A stretch of DNA of 60,308 nt, counting the filler. It is 8 parts of 8 records of this genome, joined end to end, with 100 filler letters (N's around TTAATTAATTAA, not from the genome) between each part and the next. Parts side by side here need not be neighbours in the genome. Positions count along the whole stretch, not along the records: positions 42,881 to 48,428 come from SRR31147125_39057; positions 48,529 to 54,429 come from SRR31147125_39071; 6 more parts are not named here. One strand, 5' to 3'. How positions within the stretch are numbered: the first letter of the stretch is position 1; each line of letters opens with the position of its first letter. The notes beneath the pieces are model-generated. The model saw nothing but the letters and a program-made list of their open reading frames with translations. It did not search any database and was not told where the DNA came from. Shown in pieces: positions 42,881 to 53,751 of this stretch. The position numbers and the translations under genes are program-made.

Positions 42881-43150
42881 GAAAAAATCTACATGTCCCG
42901 GGGTATCAACCAGATTCAATTCATACTCTATTCCACTTTCCGCCCGATATGGAATTGTAACGGCCTGAGATTTAATGGTAATCCCCCGCTCGCGTTCGAT
43001 GTCCATTGAATCGAGCATCTGATCTGTGCGGTTTCTATCATCAACCAACTGAGCCCTTTCTATGAAACGGTCAGCCAAGGTGGACTTTCCATGATCGATG
43101 TGAGCAATTATACAAAAATTTCTAACATGTTCCTGAGGTCTTTTAATCAC
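42881..43150 (-). CDS. lepA: Elongation factor 4 (LepA), N-terminal fragment
   Basis: [48 protein letters not shown]. Confidence 0.93.
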
Positions 43151-43168
43151 TTGTTCCTATCCGGAGTA

Positions 43169-45049
43169 TTAATGCAGACTTGTTACGGATGCTCTGGCTT
43201 CGAATCCGAGCAGTTCCCTGATTTCTTCATCATCCAGCGTTTCACGCTCCACCAGAGCTTTCGTAAGCTGTTCAAGCTTTTCCTTCTGTTCAGTCAATAG
43301 ATTACGAGTTTCTTGTAAAGCTGTATCAAGAATTTTCCGAATTTCTTCATCAATTCTTCGCGCGGTTTCCTCGGAATAATCCTTATGCTGCGCAATCTCT
43401 TTGCCAATAAATATAGGCTCTTCTTCCTGGCCGTAAGAAACAAATCCAAGTGGACTCATGCCCCACTCTGCAACCATTCTCCGTGCTATATTAGTTGCCT
43501 GTTTAATATCGTTGGATGTCCCAGTAGTGGTTTCACCGTAAATCAGCTCTTCAGCTATATATCCGCCCATAGTAACCTTGATATAGTCCATAAGAGCACT
43601 TTGATTCTTAGTATACGTATCCTTTTCAGGAAGCGACATGGTAAGTCCAAGTGCGCGTCCATGCGGAATTATCGTAACTTTATGCAGCGGATCAATATTA
43701 TCAAGATAGTAGTACATAAGAGCATGTCCGGCTTCATGATAAGCCGTTGCCTTTTTCTCTTCCAATGTCATGACCTTGGACTTTCTGGCAACTCCCAGCA
43801 GGATTTTATCCCTGGCATCTTCAAAATGTGCCATGTTCACCTTTGTACTGTTATTTCTTGCTGCAAAGAGAGCTGCTTCATTAGCAAGGTTTGCAAGATC
43901 CGCACCGGAGGTTCCCGGTGTAGCTCTGGCGATGCGATTTAAGTCAACATTAGCATCAAGCTGCAGATTCCTGCAGTGAATTTTCAGGATTGCCTCTCGT
44001 TCATCGACATCCGGCATATCCACAACCACTTGACGATCAAATCGACCAGGCCGCATAAGGGCCGGGTCAAGAACATCCGGTCTGTTGGTAGCAGCTATGA
44101 CTATAACACCGGTTTTTGTATCAAATCCGTCCATTTCCACCAGCATCTGGTTTAATGTCTGTTCTCTCTCATCATTTCCGCCGCCATATCCCGCACCGCG
44201 TGAACGGCCCACAGCATCAAGCTCGTCTATGAATAATATACAGGGAGCATTTTTGCGCCCCTGTTCAAATAAATCTCTCACCCTGCTGGCACCTACACCA
44301 ACAAACATCTCCACAAAATCTGAACCGGACATGTGGAAAAAAGAGACACCAGCTTCACCTGCCACGGCCTTTGCCAGTAATGTTTTACCAGTTCCCGGCA
44401 TACCTACTAACAGAACGCCTTTTGGTATCTTTGCCCCGATATCTATAAACTTCTTAGGGTTTTTCAGGAAATCGACCACTTCCTCGAGTTCATACTTAGC
44501 CTCTTTCTGTCCGGCTACATCCTCAAAAGTGATTTTCACTTCACTTTCCTTGTACTCTTTAGCTTTGCTCTTACCGAACGAGAACGCCCGTCCTCCGGCT
44601 CCCTGGGTCTGTCTGTACATAACCCAGAAAAACCCGATAAAGATCGCCCAGGGAAGCAACTGCAGTATTATCTGAAGGAATGGCGTTCCTTCAACACTGC
44701 CGGTTACACGAATCCCGTTGGATATGAGGGTCTGCATCAGTTCATCATCAAAATAGGGAATTCTGGTCGAGTACCTCAGGGATGTTCCCTGTGTACTTTG
44801 ACTCAGCAATGTAAAATATACATCACTGGTATCCATAATCTCTACGGATGATACCTGTCCTGATTCAACATAACTCAAAAATGTTGAGTACGGCACTTCC
44901 TGAGAAGCTCTGTTCCCGTTTGAAAAAAGAACAATACCGAACATTATTATTAAAGAGATAATAAAGAAAAGCGCGAACCTGTTTTTACTGAAATTGAATT
45001 TAGGTCCTAAATCATTTTTATTATCCGGTCTGTTATCCTGTGTGCTCAC
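43169..45049 (-). CDS. ftsH: ATP-dependent zinc metalloprotease FtsH
   Basis: Two TM helices, Walker [27 protein letters not shown]. Confidence 0.97.
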   Translation of the reverse strand: MSTQDNRPDNKNDLGPKFNFSKNRFALFFIISLIIMFGIVLFSNGNRASQEVPYSTFLSYVESGQVSSVEIMDTSDVYFTLLSQSTQGTSLRYSTRIPYFDDELMQTLISNGIRVTGSVEGTPFLQIILQLLPWAIFIGFFWVMYRQTQGAGGRAFSFGKSKAKEYKESEVKITFEDVAGQKEAKYELEEVVDFLKNPKKFIDIGAKIPKGVLLVGMPGTGKTLLAKAVAGEAGVSFFHMSGSDFVEMFVGVGASRVRDLFEQGRKNAPCILFIDELDAVGRSRGAGYGGGNDEREQTLNQMLVEMDGFDTKTGVIVIAATNRPDVLDPALMRPGRFDRQVVVDMPDVDEREAILKIHCRNLQLDANVDLNRIARATPGTSGADLANLANEAALFAARNNSTKVNMAHFEDARDKILLGVARKSKVMTLEEKKATAYHEAGHALMYYYLDNIDPLHKVTIIPHGRALGLTMSLPEKDTYTKNQSALMDYIKVTMGGYIAEELIYGETTTGTSNDIKQATNIARRMVAEWGMSPLGFVSYGQEEEPIFIGKEIAQHKDYSEETARRIDEEIRKILDTALQETRNLLTEQKEKLEQLTKALVERETLDDEEIRELLGFEARASVTSLH

Positions 45050-45069
45050 TACTACTCCCTAAAACCTTA

Positions 45070-46610
45070 TTATTCTGCATGCAGATACAAATAATTCCCG
45101 TTACCGGATACTTGATTCACTGAATGCCCGGCAGCCACTCTGTTTTTACCGCCGAAAGGTTTACCTAATATGGCTATAATACCTCTCCGATCCTCAACAA
45201 CCGGTATCTTCCAGCGCTGGTCAGCGGGTATTTTCCAATCCTTAAACAGTTTCTTAACCATTTTACTGCCGTCTACCAAGGCTAGATTGTCTCCAGGCAC
45301 ATAAGAACGTACAATCAACGGTTCTGATACTTTCGTACTGTCCACGACAATATCATCTACTTCTTTACCCGCATGCCTGAATACATACATAGAAGTCTGA
45401 TCATACAGCAAAGTCCGCTGCCTGGTTACCAGTTTAAGATACTTATTTTTCTTTGTGTGGACAACATGCAGAACCCAAAAAAACGAGTTATTATCAGTAT
45501 ATAGAGTGGTGTCTTCAAATTCAAGAATCCTTTTTGTGGCTGATCGGCTGTCCAGCATTGCCGTTTTTATAGAATTAGTATTCCTGCTATCTATTGTTTT
45601 CTTTATATCATTATCAGATAAAAACAAAATATCCCGTATCAGCGCGTATGGAAGATGTTCAGGCAGTATATGATTCTCTGTTGATGTGCCCTGTACAGCT
45701 TTTTCCTGTTCAATTGCAGATCGCATGAGCTGCCAGCAGTAATAGAGAAACTCCAAACGGAGAAAGGGATTCAAATCAATGAAATGAGTCTTAGAAAATG
45801 TCAGCACACCTCTACTCAGCAGTTCATTATGCACTAGACTAGAGAATGCATGTTCCTTACTGAGGAGCTCTCAATAAAATCAGATGCTATAGTCAGTTTC
45901 TCAGCACAAATTGGTATGGTTTTATAGGATCCTGGAAAAACTTCCAAAATTTGGGGGATGAGTCCTCTAATTCTGTTCCTCAGGAATTTATGCTCTAAAT
46001 TGGTTGAATCAATACTGGGGTTAATATCATAATACTCCAGATATGCAATGATTTCCGACTTTCTGCATTTCATCAAAGGGCGAATTACCGCACCATTTAT
46101 GGCAGGAATTCCTTTTAAGCCGTCTAAACCGGATCCTTGAAAAAAGCGCATAATCATTGTTTCGATCTGATCATCCAGATTATGTGCGGTTGCTATGTAT
46201 TGGGCATTGCATCGTATTCTTGCCTCTTCCAGAATTCTATAGCGAAACATTCTGGCTGCATCCTCAAGTCCATTGTCTCTGTGCTGAGCCAGCTTGTTTA
46301 TCTGACCATCATCCGCGTCTATCATTTCCAGCGGTACAGCAGTTTCCTGACAAAAATTCCGTACAAAGTCTTTTTCAGCAGAAATTTCTACTTGAGAACG
46401 TAATTTATGATTGATATAGACTGCCCTGAGTTTTCCCGTTACTATTTTGCGGCTGTATAGATTTGCCAGCGACTTCAGAAGAGCGCAAGAATCCGGTCCA
46501 CCTGAAAACGCCACTACCAAATCAATATCAGGATGATCTGAATGCTCACAACCTAAACCAAGCAGGAAATCAGCAACTAATCTGTCAATTCTTCCTGCGA
46601 TTGTATTCAT
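45070..46610 (-). CDS. tilS: tRNA(Ile)-lysidine synthetase; frameshift near 45870
   Basis: AFSGGPDS, TAHNLDDQIET, IRPL, D.TN...FLRNRIR in ORF 45834-46610; TilS C-terminal RSYVPGD..KKLFKDWKIP..R..IPVV in ORF 45070-45834; pth-tilS-ftsH synteny. Confidence 0.88.
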
Positions 46611-47163
46611 TCATAACCTTCTCAAGCGGTATGTTATTCAGCAGAGCCAAAACCGCTCCCCTTGCTCTTTCAACTCCGGCAGTTAAGGCTTGATGTTCAC
46701 CCTCTTTTTCCGGTCCGGACAGCACATGACTGACGACATTCTCACCAGATGCGGGCCGGCCAATGCCTATATAAATCCGGATGAAATCTTTGCTGCCGGT
46801 CCTTGCCATTATTGATTTTAATCCGTTATGACCGGCATGCGAACCGCTCTTTTTGACACGAATAACACCCGGCGGTAAATCCAGGTTGTCACAAAGGACA
46901 ATGATATGATCCGATGATAATTTTGTCCTCCTCATCAATCGAGGGAACACATCACCGGATTTATTCATATAAGTAAGGGGCTCAGCAAGGTAACATGTTT
47001 CACCCTGACAAGCCCCTGCAGCAAACGCATATGGAGATAAGAAAACTTTTTTAAGATGTACACCCAGAGAATCCGCGACTTTTTCAATCGCCATAAATCC
47101 AACATTATGCCGGCTGCCGGCGAATCTGTCACCAGGATTGCCTAGTCCAACAACTAAATACAG
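46585..47163 (-). CDS. pth: Peptidyl-tRNA hydrolase; apparent CTG start at 47163
   Basis: In-frame extension (L)YLVVGLGNPGDRFAGSRHNVGF upstream of the called ORF; PLTYMNKSG, GSHAGHNGLKS, IGIGRP. Confidence 0.92.
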   Translation of the reverse strand: MYLVVGLGNPGDRFAGSRHNVGFMAIEKVADSLGVHLKKVFLSPYAFAAGACQGETCYLAEPLTYMNKSGDVFPRLMRRTKLSSDHIIVLCDNLDLPPGVIRVKKSGSHAGHNGLKSIMARTGSKDFIRIYIGIGRPASGENVVSHVLSGPEKEGEHQALTAGVERARGAVLALLNNIPLEKVMNEYNRRKN

Positions 47164-47166
47164 GAT

Positions 47167-47799
47167 TTATTCTCCTTCAGTATCCGTATCAGCTTCTCCG
47201 ATAACTTCAACTTCACTCTCTTCAGCTTCAGTCTCAGTGGGTTCTTCTTTGATAAGCGTGATAGTTACAATTGTTCGTTCACCATCGGTCAGGATTTTAA
47301 CTCCTTCCGGTTCTACGAGTTTGCTGACATGAAAGCTTTCGTTCACATTAAGTTCAGCTACATCACAAACAAGGTTATCGGGTATATTCTTGGGAAGACA
47401 TTCAATTTCCACTTCATGCAGAACATGTTCCAGCAGACCGCCCATTTTCACACCGATAGATATATCATTGTTAGTCAATACTACGGGTACTGTCATATGC
47501 AGTTTTTCACCCTTTGTGATTTCAAAGAAATCAAGATGGTACATTTCATTGGTTAACGGGTTGTCCTGATAATCTTTAATAAGTACTGTAAAGCTTTTTT
47601 TCCCAACTTTTACCGTTAAGAGACCGCTTTCAGATATATTCTTTACTTTTGATCCAAATTCTTTCGCATTAATGCTGATATGGACTGGGTCATTTTTACC
47701 GTAGACTACCGCAGGAACTAATCCCTGTCTCCGTAATCTTCCAGCTTCACCCTTACCGGTTATTTTTCTCATTTCACCGGATAATGTTTTATTATCCAT
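47167..47799 (-). CDS. rplY: 50S ribosomal protein L25 / Ctc
   Basis: RLRRQGLVPAVVYG, HLDF, GVKMGG, VEIECLPKNIP, acidic tail. Confidence 0.94.
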   Translation of the reverse strand: MDNKTLSGEMRKITGKGEAGRLRRQGLVPAVVYGKNDPVHISINAKEFGSKVKNISESGLLTVKVGKKSFTVLIKDYQDNPLTNEMYHLDFFEITKGEKLHMTVPVVLTNNDISIGVKMGGLLEHVLHEVEIECLPKNIPDNLVCDVAELNVNESFHVSKLVEPEGVKILTDGERTIVTITLIKEEPTETEAEESEVEVIGEADTDTEGE

Positions 47800-47825
47800 C
47801 TTTCACTCCTTAAAAATTCATTTTA

Positions 47826-47898
47826 CTGGGGCGGCAGGATTCGAACCTGCGCATGTCGGCACCAAAAACCGATGTCTTAACCGCTTGACGACGCCCCA
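47826..47898 (-). tRNA. tRNA-Gln(UUG), CCA not encoded
   Basis: TGGGGCGTCGTCAAGCGGTTAAGACATCGGTTTTTGGTGCCGACATGCGCAGGTTCGAATCCTGCCGCCCCAG forms a cloverleaf with anticodon TTG and T-loop GTTCGAATC. Confidence 0.95.
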
Positions 47899-47912
47899 AC
47901 AATTGTTACACG

Positions 47913-47940
47913 AAAAAGTGGCAATGAGATACTCATTGCC
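47913..47940 (-). terminator. Terminator-like hairpin between spoVG and tRNA-Gln
   Basis: Minus strand GGCAATGAG-TAT-CTCATTGCC followed by ACTTTTT. Confidence 0.55.
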
Positions 47941-47988
47941 TTTCGCAGATTATATGTTTTTTTTGAATATGTCTAGATATTCACAGGA

Positions 47989-48270
47989 TTAATTTGGCTT
48001 TTCACTCTCTGTTTCTGCAGGTGTTTTATCAAACTCCTGCAGGATTTGATCCTGAAGTTTCCCTCTGAATTCAGAGCTGATTGGGTGAGCAACATCTTTG
48101 TACTCACCATTTTTTGTTTTTCTGCTCGGCATGGCTATGAACGCACCATTTTTACCCTCAATCACCTTCACATTATGAACAACAAATGCATCATCAAATG
48201 TAACCGTAACATACGCTTTCAGTTTCCCTTCCGTTGCAACTCTCCGCACCCTGATGTCAGTGATTTCCAT
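47989..48270 (-). CDS. spoVG: SpoVG family nucleic-acid-binding protein
   Basis: [56 protein letters not shown]. Confidence 0.95.
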   Translation of the reverse strand: MEITDIRVRRVATEGKLKAYVTVTFDDAFVVHNVKVIEGKNGAFIAMPSRKTKNGEYKDVAHPISSEFRGKLQDQILQEFDKTPAETESEKPN

Positions 48271-48352
48271 AGTTCCTCCATGCATCACGCAATATCCCTT
48301 ACAAAATTACCGCTTTTACCATACACTTATCGGGATATAATTATGTATGTTA

Positions 48353-48381
48353 ATTGTAAACCTCAATGTTGTTAATCGCAA
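48353..48381 (-). promoter_or_regulatory. Sigma70 promoter for spoVG
   Basis: Minus strand TTGCGA-N17-TACAAT. Confidence 0.55.
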
Positions 48382-48428
48382 GTATTTTCTCGTATTACTG
48401 TCAACGGTCAGGGAAAATGTCACCCTAA

Positions 48429-48528
48429 NNNNNNNNNNNNNNNNNNNNNNNNNNNNNNNNNNNNNNNNNNNNTTAATTAATTAANNNNNNNNNNNNNNNN
48501 NNNNNNNNNNNNNNNNNNNNNNNNNNNN
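48429..48528. other. Artificial contig spacer
   Basis: N-run, TTAATTAATTAA, N-run. Confidence 0.97.
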
Positions 48529-49092
48529 AAAAAAAGAAACATTATGATGCTTTTGCTTTTGGCTCCAATGTGGACCAATTTATTGCTGAGAACATATTCT
48601 TGGATGGTTGTGCTTGGTAATAAAGGACCCATAAATTCGCTGATTCAAAGTATGGGCTTTATGCCTGTGCAGCTTATGTATAATGATTTTGGCGTTATTT
48701 TGGGTATGGTTTATAACTTTTTGCCTTTTATGATTCTGCCAATATATCTTTCGCTGTCCAAGATTGATAATAGACTTTTAGAGGCGGCATATGACCTAGG
48801 TGCAACAGACAGGCAGGTCTTTTATAAAATAAAATTACCACTAAGTGTTCCTGGTATTTTTTCAGGAACAACATTGGTGTTTTTGCCAGCAATAACTTCA
48901 TTTGTAATTTCAAGATTGCTTGGTGGAGGTCAATATTTGTTACTTGGAAACTTAATTGAACATAAGTTTATATCACAGCAGGACTTACCAGTTGGAAGTG
49001 CAATTAGTGTTGTTGCTATGATTATTATGATTTTGTTTTTGTGGGCTATAAGAAGAATTGCTAAAAATAAATTGGAGTTAAATATATGGTAG
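48529..49092 (+). CDS. potB: Spermidine/putrescine ABC permease PotB, 5'-truncated
   Basis: PMWTNLLLRTYSW, VYNFLPFMILP, EAAYDLGA. Confidence 0.88.
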   Translation, partial: KKRNIMMLLLLAPMWTNLLLRTYSWMVVLGNKGPINSLIQSMGFMPVQLMYNDFGVILGMVYNFLPFMILPIYLSLSKIDNRLLEAAYDLGATDRQVFYKIKLPLSVPGIFSGTTLVFLPAITSFVISRLLGGGQYLLLGNLIEHKFISQQDLPVGSAISVVAMIIMILFLWAIRRIAKNKLELNIW

Positions 49093-49871
49093 GTTTTTTT
49101 AAAAGATTTTCTGTTTTATTTGTATTGATATTCTTATATCTTCCTATTGTTGTGTTGATTATTTATTCTTTTAACTCTAGTGAATATATAGGGGTATGGG
49201 AAGGTTTTACTTTTAAATGGTATATAGAGCTTTTTAGGAACAACCAAATTACTGAGGCTATAAACTATACTTTAGCAGTTGCTTTTTTAGCAACGATAAT
49301 TGCAACTTTTATAGGGGTTGTAGCATCAGTTGGGCTTTATTATTCTAATGCAAAGATAAAAAAAGCAATAACAACTGCAAACTACCTTCCTATATTAAAC
49401 CCAGATTTAATTACAGGAATTTCGCTGATGCTCTTTTTTGTAATATTTAGGGTAAGATTTGGTTTTTCTACTATGCTGCTTGCTCATATAGTTTTTGATA
49501 TAGCTTACGTTATAGTTGTAGTTTTACCCAAATTAATGCATATTAATTTTTCGCAAATAGAAGCTGCGATGGATCTTGGAGCAAACAGAGTAGTGATACT
49601 TTTTAAAATTATATTGCCCCAGATAAAACAAGGAATACTAGCAGGAGCACTACTTGCTTTTACCATGTCGATAGATGATTTTGTTATCAGTTTTTTTACA
49701 GCAGGAAGCACAGCAACAAATCTTTCTATAACCATATATTCTATGGCAAGAAGAGGAATAAAGCCATATGTTAATGCTTTGGCTACAATAATGTTCATAC
49801 TTATTATGCTGTTTGTATTTTTTATAGGCAAGCTTAATGATAATAAAAATAAGAAAGAGGAAATAGGATGA
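49086..49871 (+). CDS. potC: Spermidine/putrescine ABC permease PotC
   Basis: FLYLPI..YSFN, EAAMDLGA, AFTMSIDDFVISFF. Confidence 0.88.
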   Translation: MVGFFKRFSVLFVLIFLYLPIVVLIIYSFNSSEYIGVWEGFTFKWYIELFRNNQITEAINYTLAVAFLATIIATFIGVVASVGLYYSNAKIKKAITTANYLPILNPDLITGISLMLFFVIFRVRFGFSTMLLAHIVFDIAYVIVVVLPKLMHINFSQIEAAMDLGANRVVILFKIILPQIKQGILAGALLAFTMSIDDFVISFFTAGSTATNLSITIYSMARRGIKPYVNALATIMFILIMLFVFFIGKLNDNKNKKEEIG

Positions 49872-50905
49872 AGAAAATTGGTATTTTAATACTTATTATG
49901 ATAACTTTATCAATATCTGTTTTGGGGTGTGGTTCAAATAAACCAGAGCTGAATGTATATAATTTTGGAGACTATATCGATAGAGATATTCTACAAAATT
50001 TTGAAAAAGAATTTGATGTGAAAGTAAATTATCGTGAATTTGATACAAATGAGGAGATGTACATAAAATTAAAAAGCGGTGCGGGTGATTTTGATGTGAT
50101 TTGCTCTTCTGACTATATGATAGAAAAAATGATCAAAGAAGATATGCTTTATAAGATTGATGTAAGCGGGCTTTCTAATTATGGTCATATCGATGAAAGT
50201 TTTATCAGCCTTGATTATGACAAAAACAATGAATATACAGTGCCTTACTTTTGGGGAACACTGGGTATACTTTATAATGAAACATTGGTATCTGAACAAG
50301 TGGATAGCTGGGATATTCTTTTTGACGAGAAATATTCAAAACAGATACTGATGATGGATAGCCAAAGAGATGCTTTAGCTATTGCACTAAAGAGACTTGG
50401 GTATTCATTAAATACGACGGATGAAGATGAACTAAATGAAGCCAAAGAGATGCTTATAAACCAAAAGCCTTTGGTTTTGGCATACGTTATGGATGAAGTT
50501 AAAAATATGATGATTCAAGGTGAAGCTGCTGTTGGAGTTGCATATTCTGGAGAAGCTATTGATGTACTAGATGGTACTGATGATGTTAAGTATGTTGTTC
50601 CAAAAGAAGGGAGCAACCTTTGGTTTGACTGCCTGTCAATACTTGAAACAAGCGATCAAAAAGAATTGGGGATGGAGTTTATAAATTATCTATTAGACCC
50701 AGATGTTGCGGCTAGAAATTCGGAGTATGTAGGATATTCTACGCCAAACAAAACAGCATTAGCTATGTTGGACGAAGAAATCAGGCTTTCTGAGTCATAC
50801 TATCCGCCTAAAGAGGTCATTGATAATTGTGAAGTCTTTATTGATTTAGGAGAATATAACGACTTATATTCGGAAATATGGCTAGATGTTAAGGCTGAAC
50901 AATAG
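49868..50905 (+). CDS. potD: Spermidine/putrescine ABC substrate-binding lipoprotein PotD
   Basis: Lipobox VLGC; YNFGDYID, FDTNEEMY, SDYMIEKM, PYFWGTLG, PKEGSNLWFD. Confidence 0.9.
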   Translation: MKKIGILILIMITLSISVLGCGSNKPELNVYNFGDYIDRDILQNFEKEFDVKVNYREFDTNEEMYIKLKSGAGDFDVICSSDYMIEKMIKEDMLYKIDVSGLSNYGHIDESFISLDYDKNNEYTVPYFWGTLGILYNETLVSEQVDSWDILFDEKYSKQILMMDSQRDALAIALKRLGYSLNTTDEDELNEAKEMLINQKPLVLAYVMDEVKNMMIQGEAAVGVAYSGEAIDVLDGTDDVKYVVPKEGSNLWFDCLSILETSDQKELGMEFINYLLDPDVAARNSEYVGYSTPNKTALAMLDEEIRLSESYYPPKEVIDNCEVFIDLGEYNDLYSEIWLDVKAEQ

Positions 50906-50948
50906 AAACTTTGTTTTACAATTTGTTAACATATGCAAACGTATATAC

Positions 50949-51151
50949 TGTGGATAAAAAAACGCTAATATCATGCGGTTTTATGCGCATATGTGGATAA
51001 GTTTTATGCATTTAATAGTTTTACACACAATGTGTGGATAACAGTGTCGATAATTGTGGAAAAGAATTATCACAAAACAGCACAACTTTGAACAAATTGT
51101 GAACAATATTGAATGGTTTTTAACGAATTTTACAATGTTAATTGTGAAAAA
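50949..51151. promoter_or_regulatory. DnaA-box cluster in the potD-oxidoreductase intergenic region
   Basis: Perfect TGTGGATAA at 50949, 50992 and 51033; near matches at 50981, 51021, 51045, 51055, 51098 and 51143. Confidence 0.75.
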
Positions 51152-51347
51152 ATAGTCGATGCAAAACAAAATTTTGTGTCGGCCATTGTTTTTTGTAAGT
51201 TTTTACGAATAAACGTTTTAATATTTATAAAAGAATATTTGTTTGGTTTAAAAACTGTATAAATAGTTAATGGATATGTTTTTTTATATATGTTTTAATA
51301 CAAAGATCTTTATAGTATAATTTAAAAAAATAATAGCGAGGTGTGTA

Positions 51348-52304
51348 ATGATTAATTTTGGAGTTTTAGGATGTGCAAATATTGCAAAAAAGTGTGTTAT
51401 TCCAGCAATAATAAAATCAGAGTATGCAGTGCCATATGCTGTTGCAGGTAGAAACTTAGAAAAAACAAACAGTTTTAAACAGGAATTTGGGTTTGAAGTT
51501 GCACACAAATCTTATGAGGACTTGCTTTTAGATGAAGACATACAAGCGGTATACATTCCGCTTCCAAACTCACTGCACTACGAATGGGTTATTAAAGCGC
51601 TAAAAGCTGGTAAACATGTTTTGTGCGAAAAACCACTTGGGCTTAACGAGCAACAAGCTAAGGAAATGTTTGAAGTAGCAGGTGAAAACGGTGTTTTACT
51701 TATGGAGGCTTTTGCTTCAAGACAAAACCCTGTAAACTTTGCGGTAAAAGATATTATTTTAAAAGAGACAATTGGAAAGATCAAGCTAATAACTTGTAAC
51801 TTTGCATATATGATAGAAGGCGAAAATAATGTAAGACTGGACAAAGCTTTAGGTGGAGGAGCTACATATGACGTTGGGTGTTACAATATAAATTTAATAA
51901 GATATTTTTTTGGAAAAGAACCTATTTCGATTAAAGCTTTTGGGGAGTTAAGCAAAGAATATGATGTTGATATGTCTTCGTCAATTATTATGGAGTTTGA
52001 TGACGGTAGTATTGGCGTGTCTAATTGTGGATTTAACCGATTTTTTGAGATGAATTGTACGATTAAAGGTGAATCTGGTAGTATTAGTTTTCCTAATGCA
52101 TTTAATCAATACGGTAAGTTAGAAATTATAGTAGAAACGAATAACAAGGTGGAAAAAATATTTTACGATGTTGAGGATAATTATAAACTACAGATAGATA
52201 ATTTTAGCCAAGCGACTATTGGTAAGAAAGAGTTGCTTATAACTAAAGAGGATACTTTGGGTAATGCAAAAGTTATTGATGAAGTACTGAAACAACTATT
52301 TTAA
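51348..52304 (+). CDS. Gfo/Idh/MocA family oxidoreductase
   Basis: GVLGCANIA, YIPLPNSLHYEW, GKHVLCEKP, GGGATYDVGCY. Confidence 0.9.
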   Translation: MINFGVLGCANIAKKCVIPAIIKSEYAVPYAVAGRNLEKTNSFKQEFGFEVAHKSYEDLLLDEDIQAVYIPLPNSLHYEWVIKALKAGKHVLCEKPLGLNEQQAKEMFEVAGENGVLLMEAFASRQNPVNFAVKDIILKETIGKIKLITCNFAYMIEGENNVRLDKALGGGATYDVGCYNINLIRYFFGKEPISIKAFGELSKEYDVDMSSSIIMEFDDGSIGVSNCGFNRFFEMNCTIKGESGSISFPNAFNQYGKLEIIVETNNKVEKIFYDVEDNYKLQIDNFSQATIGKKELLITKEDTLGNAKVIDEVLKQLF

Positions 52305-52326
52305 TTTTACAAAACAATAATCACAA

Positions 52327-52374
52327 ATAAAAAAGGGTTGGTGTAAATTATGTTACATCAACCCATATTATTTT
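52327..52374. terminator. Hairpin terminator between the convergent oxidoreductase and dapL
   Basis: AAAAAA-GGGTTGGTGTAA-attatg-TTACATCAACCC; the U-tract is on the minus strand. Confidence 0.7.
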
Positions 52375-52389
52375 AAAACTGAGGTTTTC

Positions 52390-53634
52390 TTATAAACTCA
52401 TATTAGAAATTCTCTTAATAGCTTCTTCTGTGTTTTCATGTGTATTAAAAGCTGTTAGTCTAAAGTAACCTTCGCCAGATTTACCAAAACCGGCACCTGG
52501 TGTTCCTACTACATATGCTTCGTTTAGTAGTTTATCAAAAAATTCCCATGATGACATACCGTTTGGTGTTTTTAGCCAAACATAAGGAGAATTTACTCCG
52601 CCAAAGCACTGTATACCTATATCTTCTAAACCTTTTTTGATGATCTTAGCGTTTGCCATGTAATAATCTATATTATCTTGAAGCTCTTTTTTACCAGCGT
52701 CAGAATAACAAGCAAGTGCGCCTTTTTGAGTGATATAAGGAACGCCGTTGAATTTTGTGCAGTGTCTTCTGTTCCAAAGGCTGTGCAAGCTAACGTCTTT
52801 ACCAGTATCATCTTTACCCATAAGCTTTTTAGGTACAACGGTGTATGCACATCTTGTACCAGTAAAACCAACAGTTTTAGAAAAAGATTTAAATTCAATT
52901 GCAACTTCGTCAGCACCTTCTATCTCATAGATTGTATGAGGGATATCGTCTTCGCTTATAAAAGCTTCGTAAGCTGCATCGTATAAAATAAGTGCGCCAA
53001 CTTTTTTAGCGTAGTCAACCCAAGTTTTTAGCTCTGCTTTTGTAAGGGTTGTACCTGTTGGGTTATTTGGATAACAAAGGTAGATAACATCAGGCGTTTC
53101 AGATGGGATCTCTGGCTTAAAGTTGTTTTCTGCTGTTGATGGCATATAAATGATATCTTTGTATTGTTCTAAATCAAAATCATATTCACCGGATCTTCCT
53201 GCCATAACGTTTGTATCAACGTATACAGGGTATACTGGGTCTAAAACCGCTATTTTTAAGTCCGAAGATAAAATTTCTTGTATATTCCCTGTGTCACATT
53301 TTGCTCCGTCAGAAACAAAAATTTCATCAGCAGTGATGCTTGTACCATATGCTTTGTAGTCGTTTTCGCATATAGCGTCACGTAAAAAAGCATATCCTTG
53401 CTCTGGTCCATATCCATGGAATCCATCAGCGGTTGCCATCTCGTCTGCAGCATCCTTTATTGCACTCACTACACTTGGGGTAAGTGGTCTTGTTGTATCC
53501 CCTATTCCAAGTTTTATAATTTGCTTATCTGGGTTTGCATCGGTAAATTCAGAAATCTTTTTTGAAATTGTAGAAAAAAGATATCCAGCTTGTAAATTGT
53601 TATAATTGTTGTTAATTTTAATCATTTGTTTCAT
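52390..53634 (-). CDS. dapL: LL-diaminopimelate aminotransferase
   Basis: [63 protein letters not shown]. Confidence 0.94.
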   Translation of the reverse strand: MKQMIKINNNYNNLQAGYLFSTISKKISEFTDANPDKQIIKLGIGDTTRPLTPSVVSAIKDAADEMATADGFHGYGPEQGYAFLRDAICENDYKAYGTSITADEIFVSDGAKCDTGNIQEILSSDLKIAVLDPVYPVYVDTNVMAGRSGEYDFDLEQYKDIIYMPSTAENNFKPEIPSETPDVIYLCYPNNPTGTTLTKAELKTWVDYAKKVGALILYDAAYEAFISEDDIPHTIYEIEGADEVAIEFKSFSKTVGFTGTRCAYTVVPKKLMGKDDTGKDVSLHSLWNRRHCTKFNGVPYITQKGALACYSDAGKKELQDNIDYYMANAKIIKKGLEDIGIQCFGGVNSPYVWLKTPNGMSSWEFFDKLLNEAYVVGTPGAGFGKSGEGYFRLTAFNTHENTEEAIKRISNMSL

Positions 53635-53751
53635 CCTTTCAACTGTTAAAACATATATAATTTAATAATCTTTATCAAAATTTTTTTGCTATGCTTATCC
53701 ACTTATTTTACAACAAAGGCTGGCGTTTTCAAACCTTTATTTATATTTAAC

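Noticed and set aside
2..43150. Two lepA pieces as a duplication or split gene
   Set aside because: They lie on different contigs with Bacteroidota versus spirochaete gene contexts.
47826..47898. tRNA-Gln as an integration site
   Set aside because: No integrase or duplicated tRNA 3' end; it is flanked directly by rplY and spoVG.
53635..53751. Lysine riboswitch upstream of dapL
   Set aside because: The gap is only 117 bp, AT-rich, and lacks recognisable L-box motifs.
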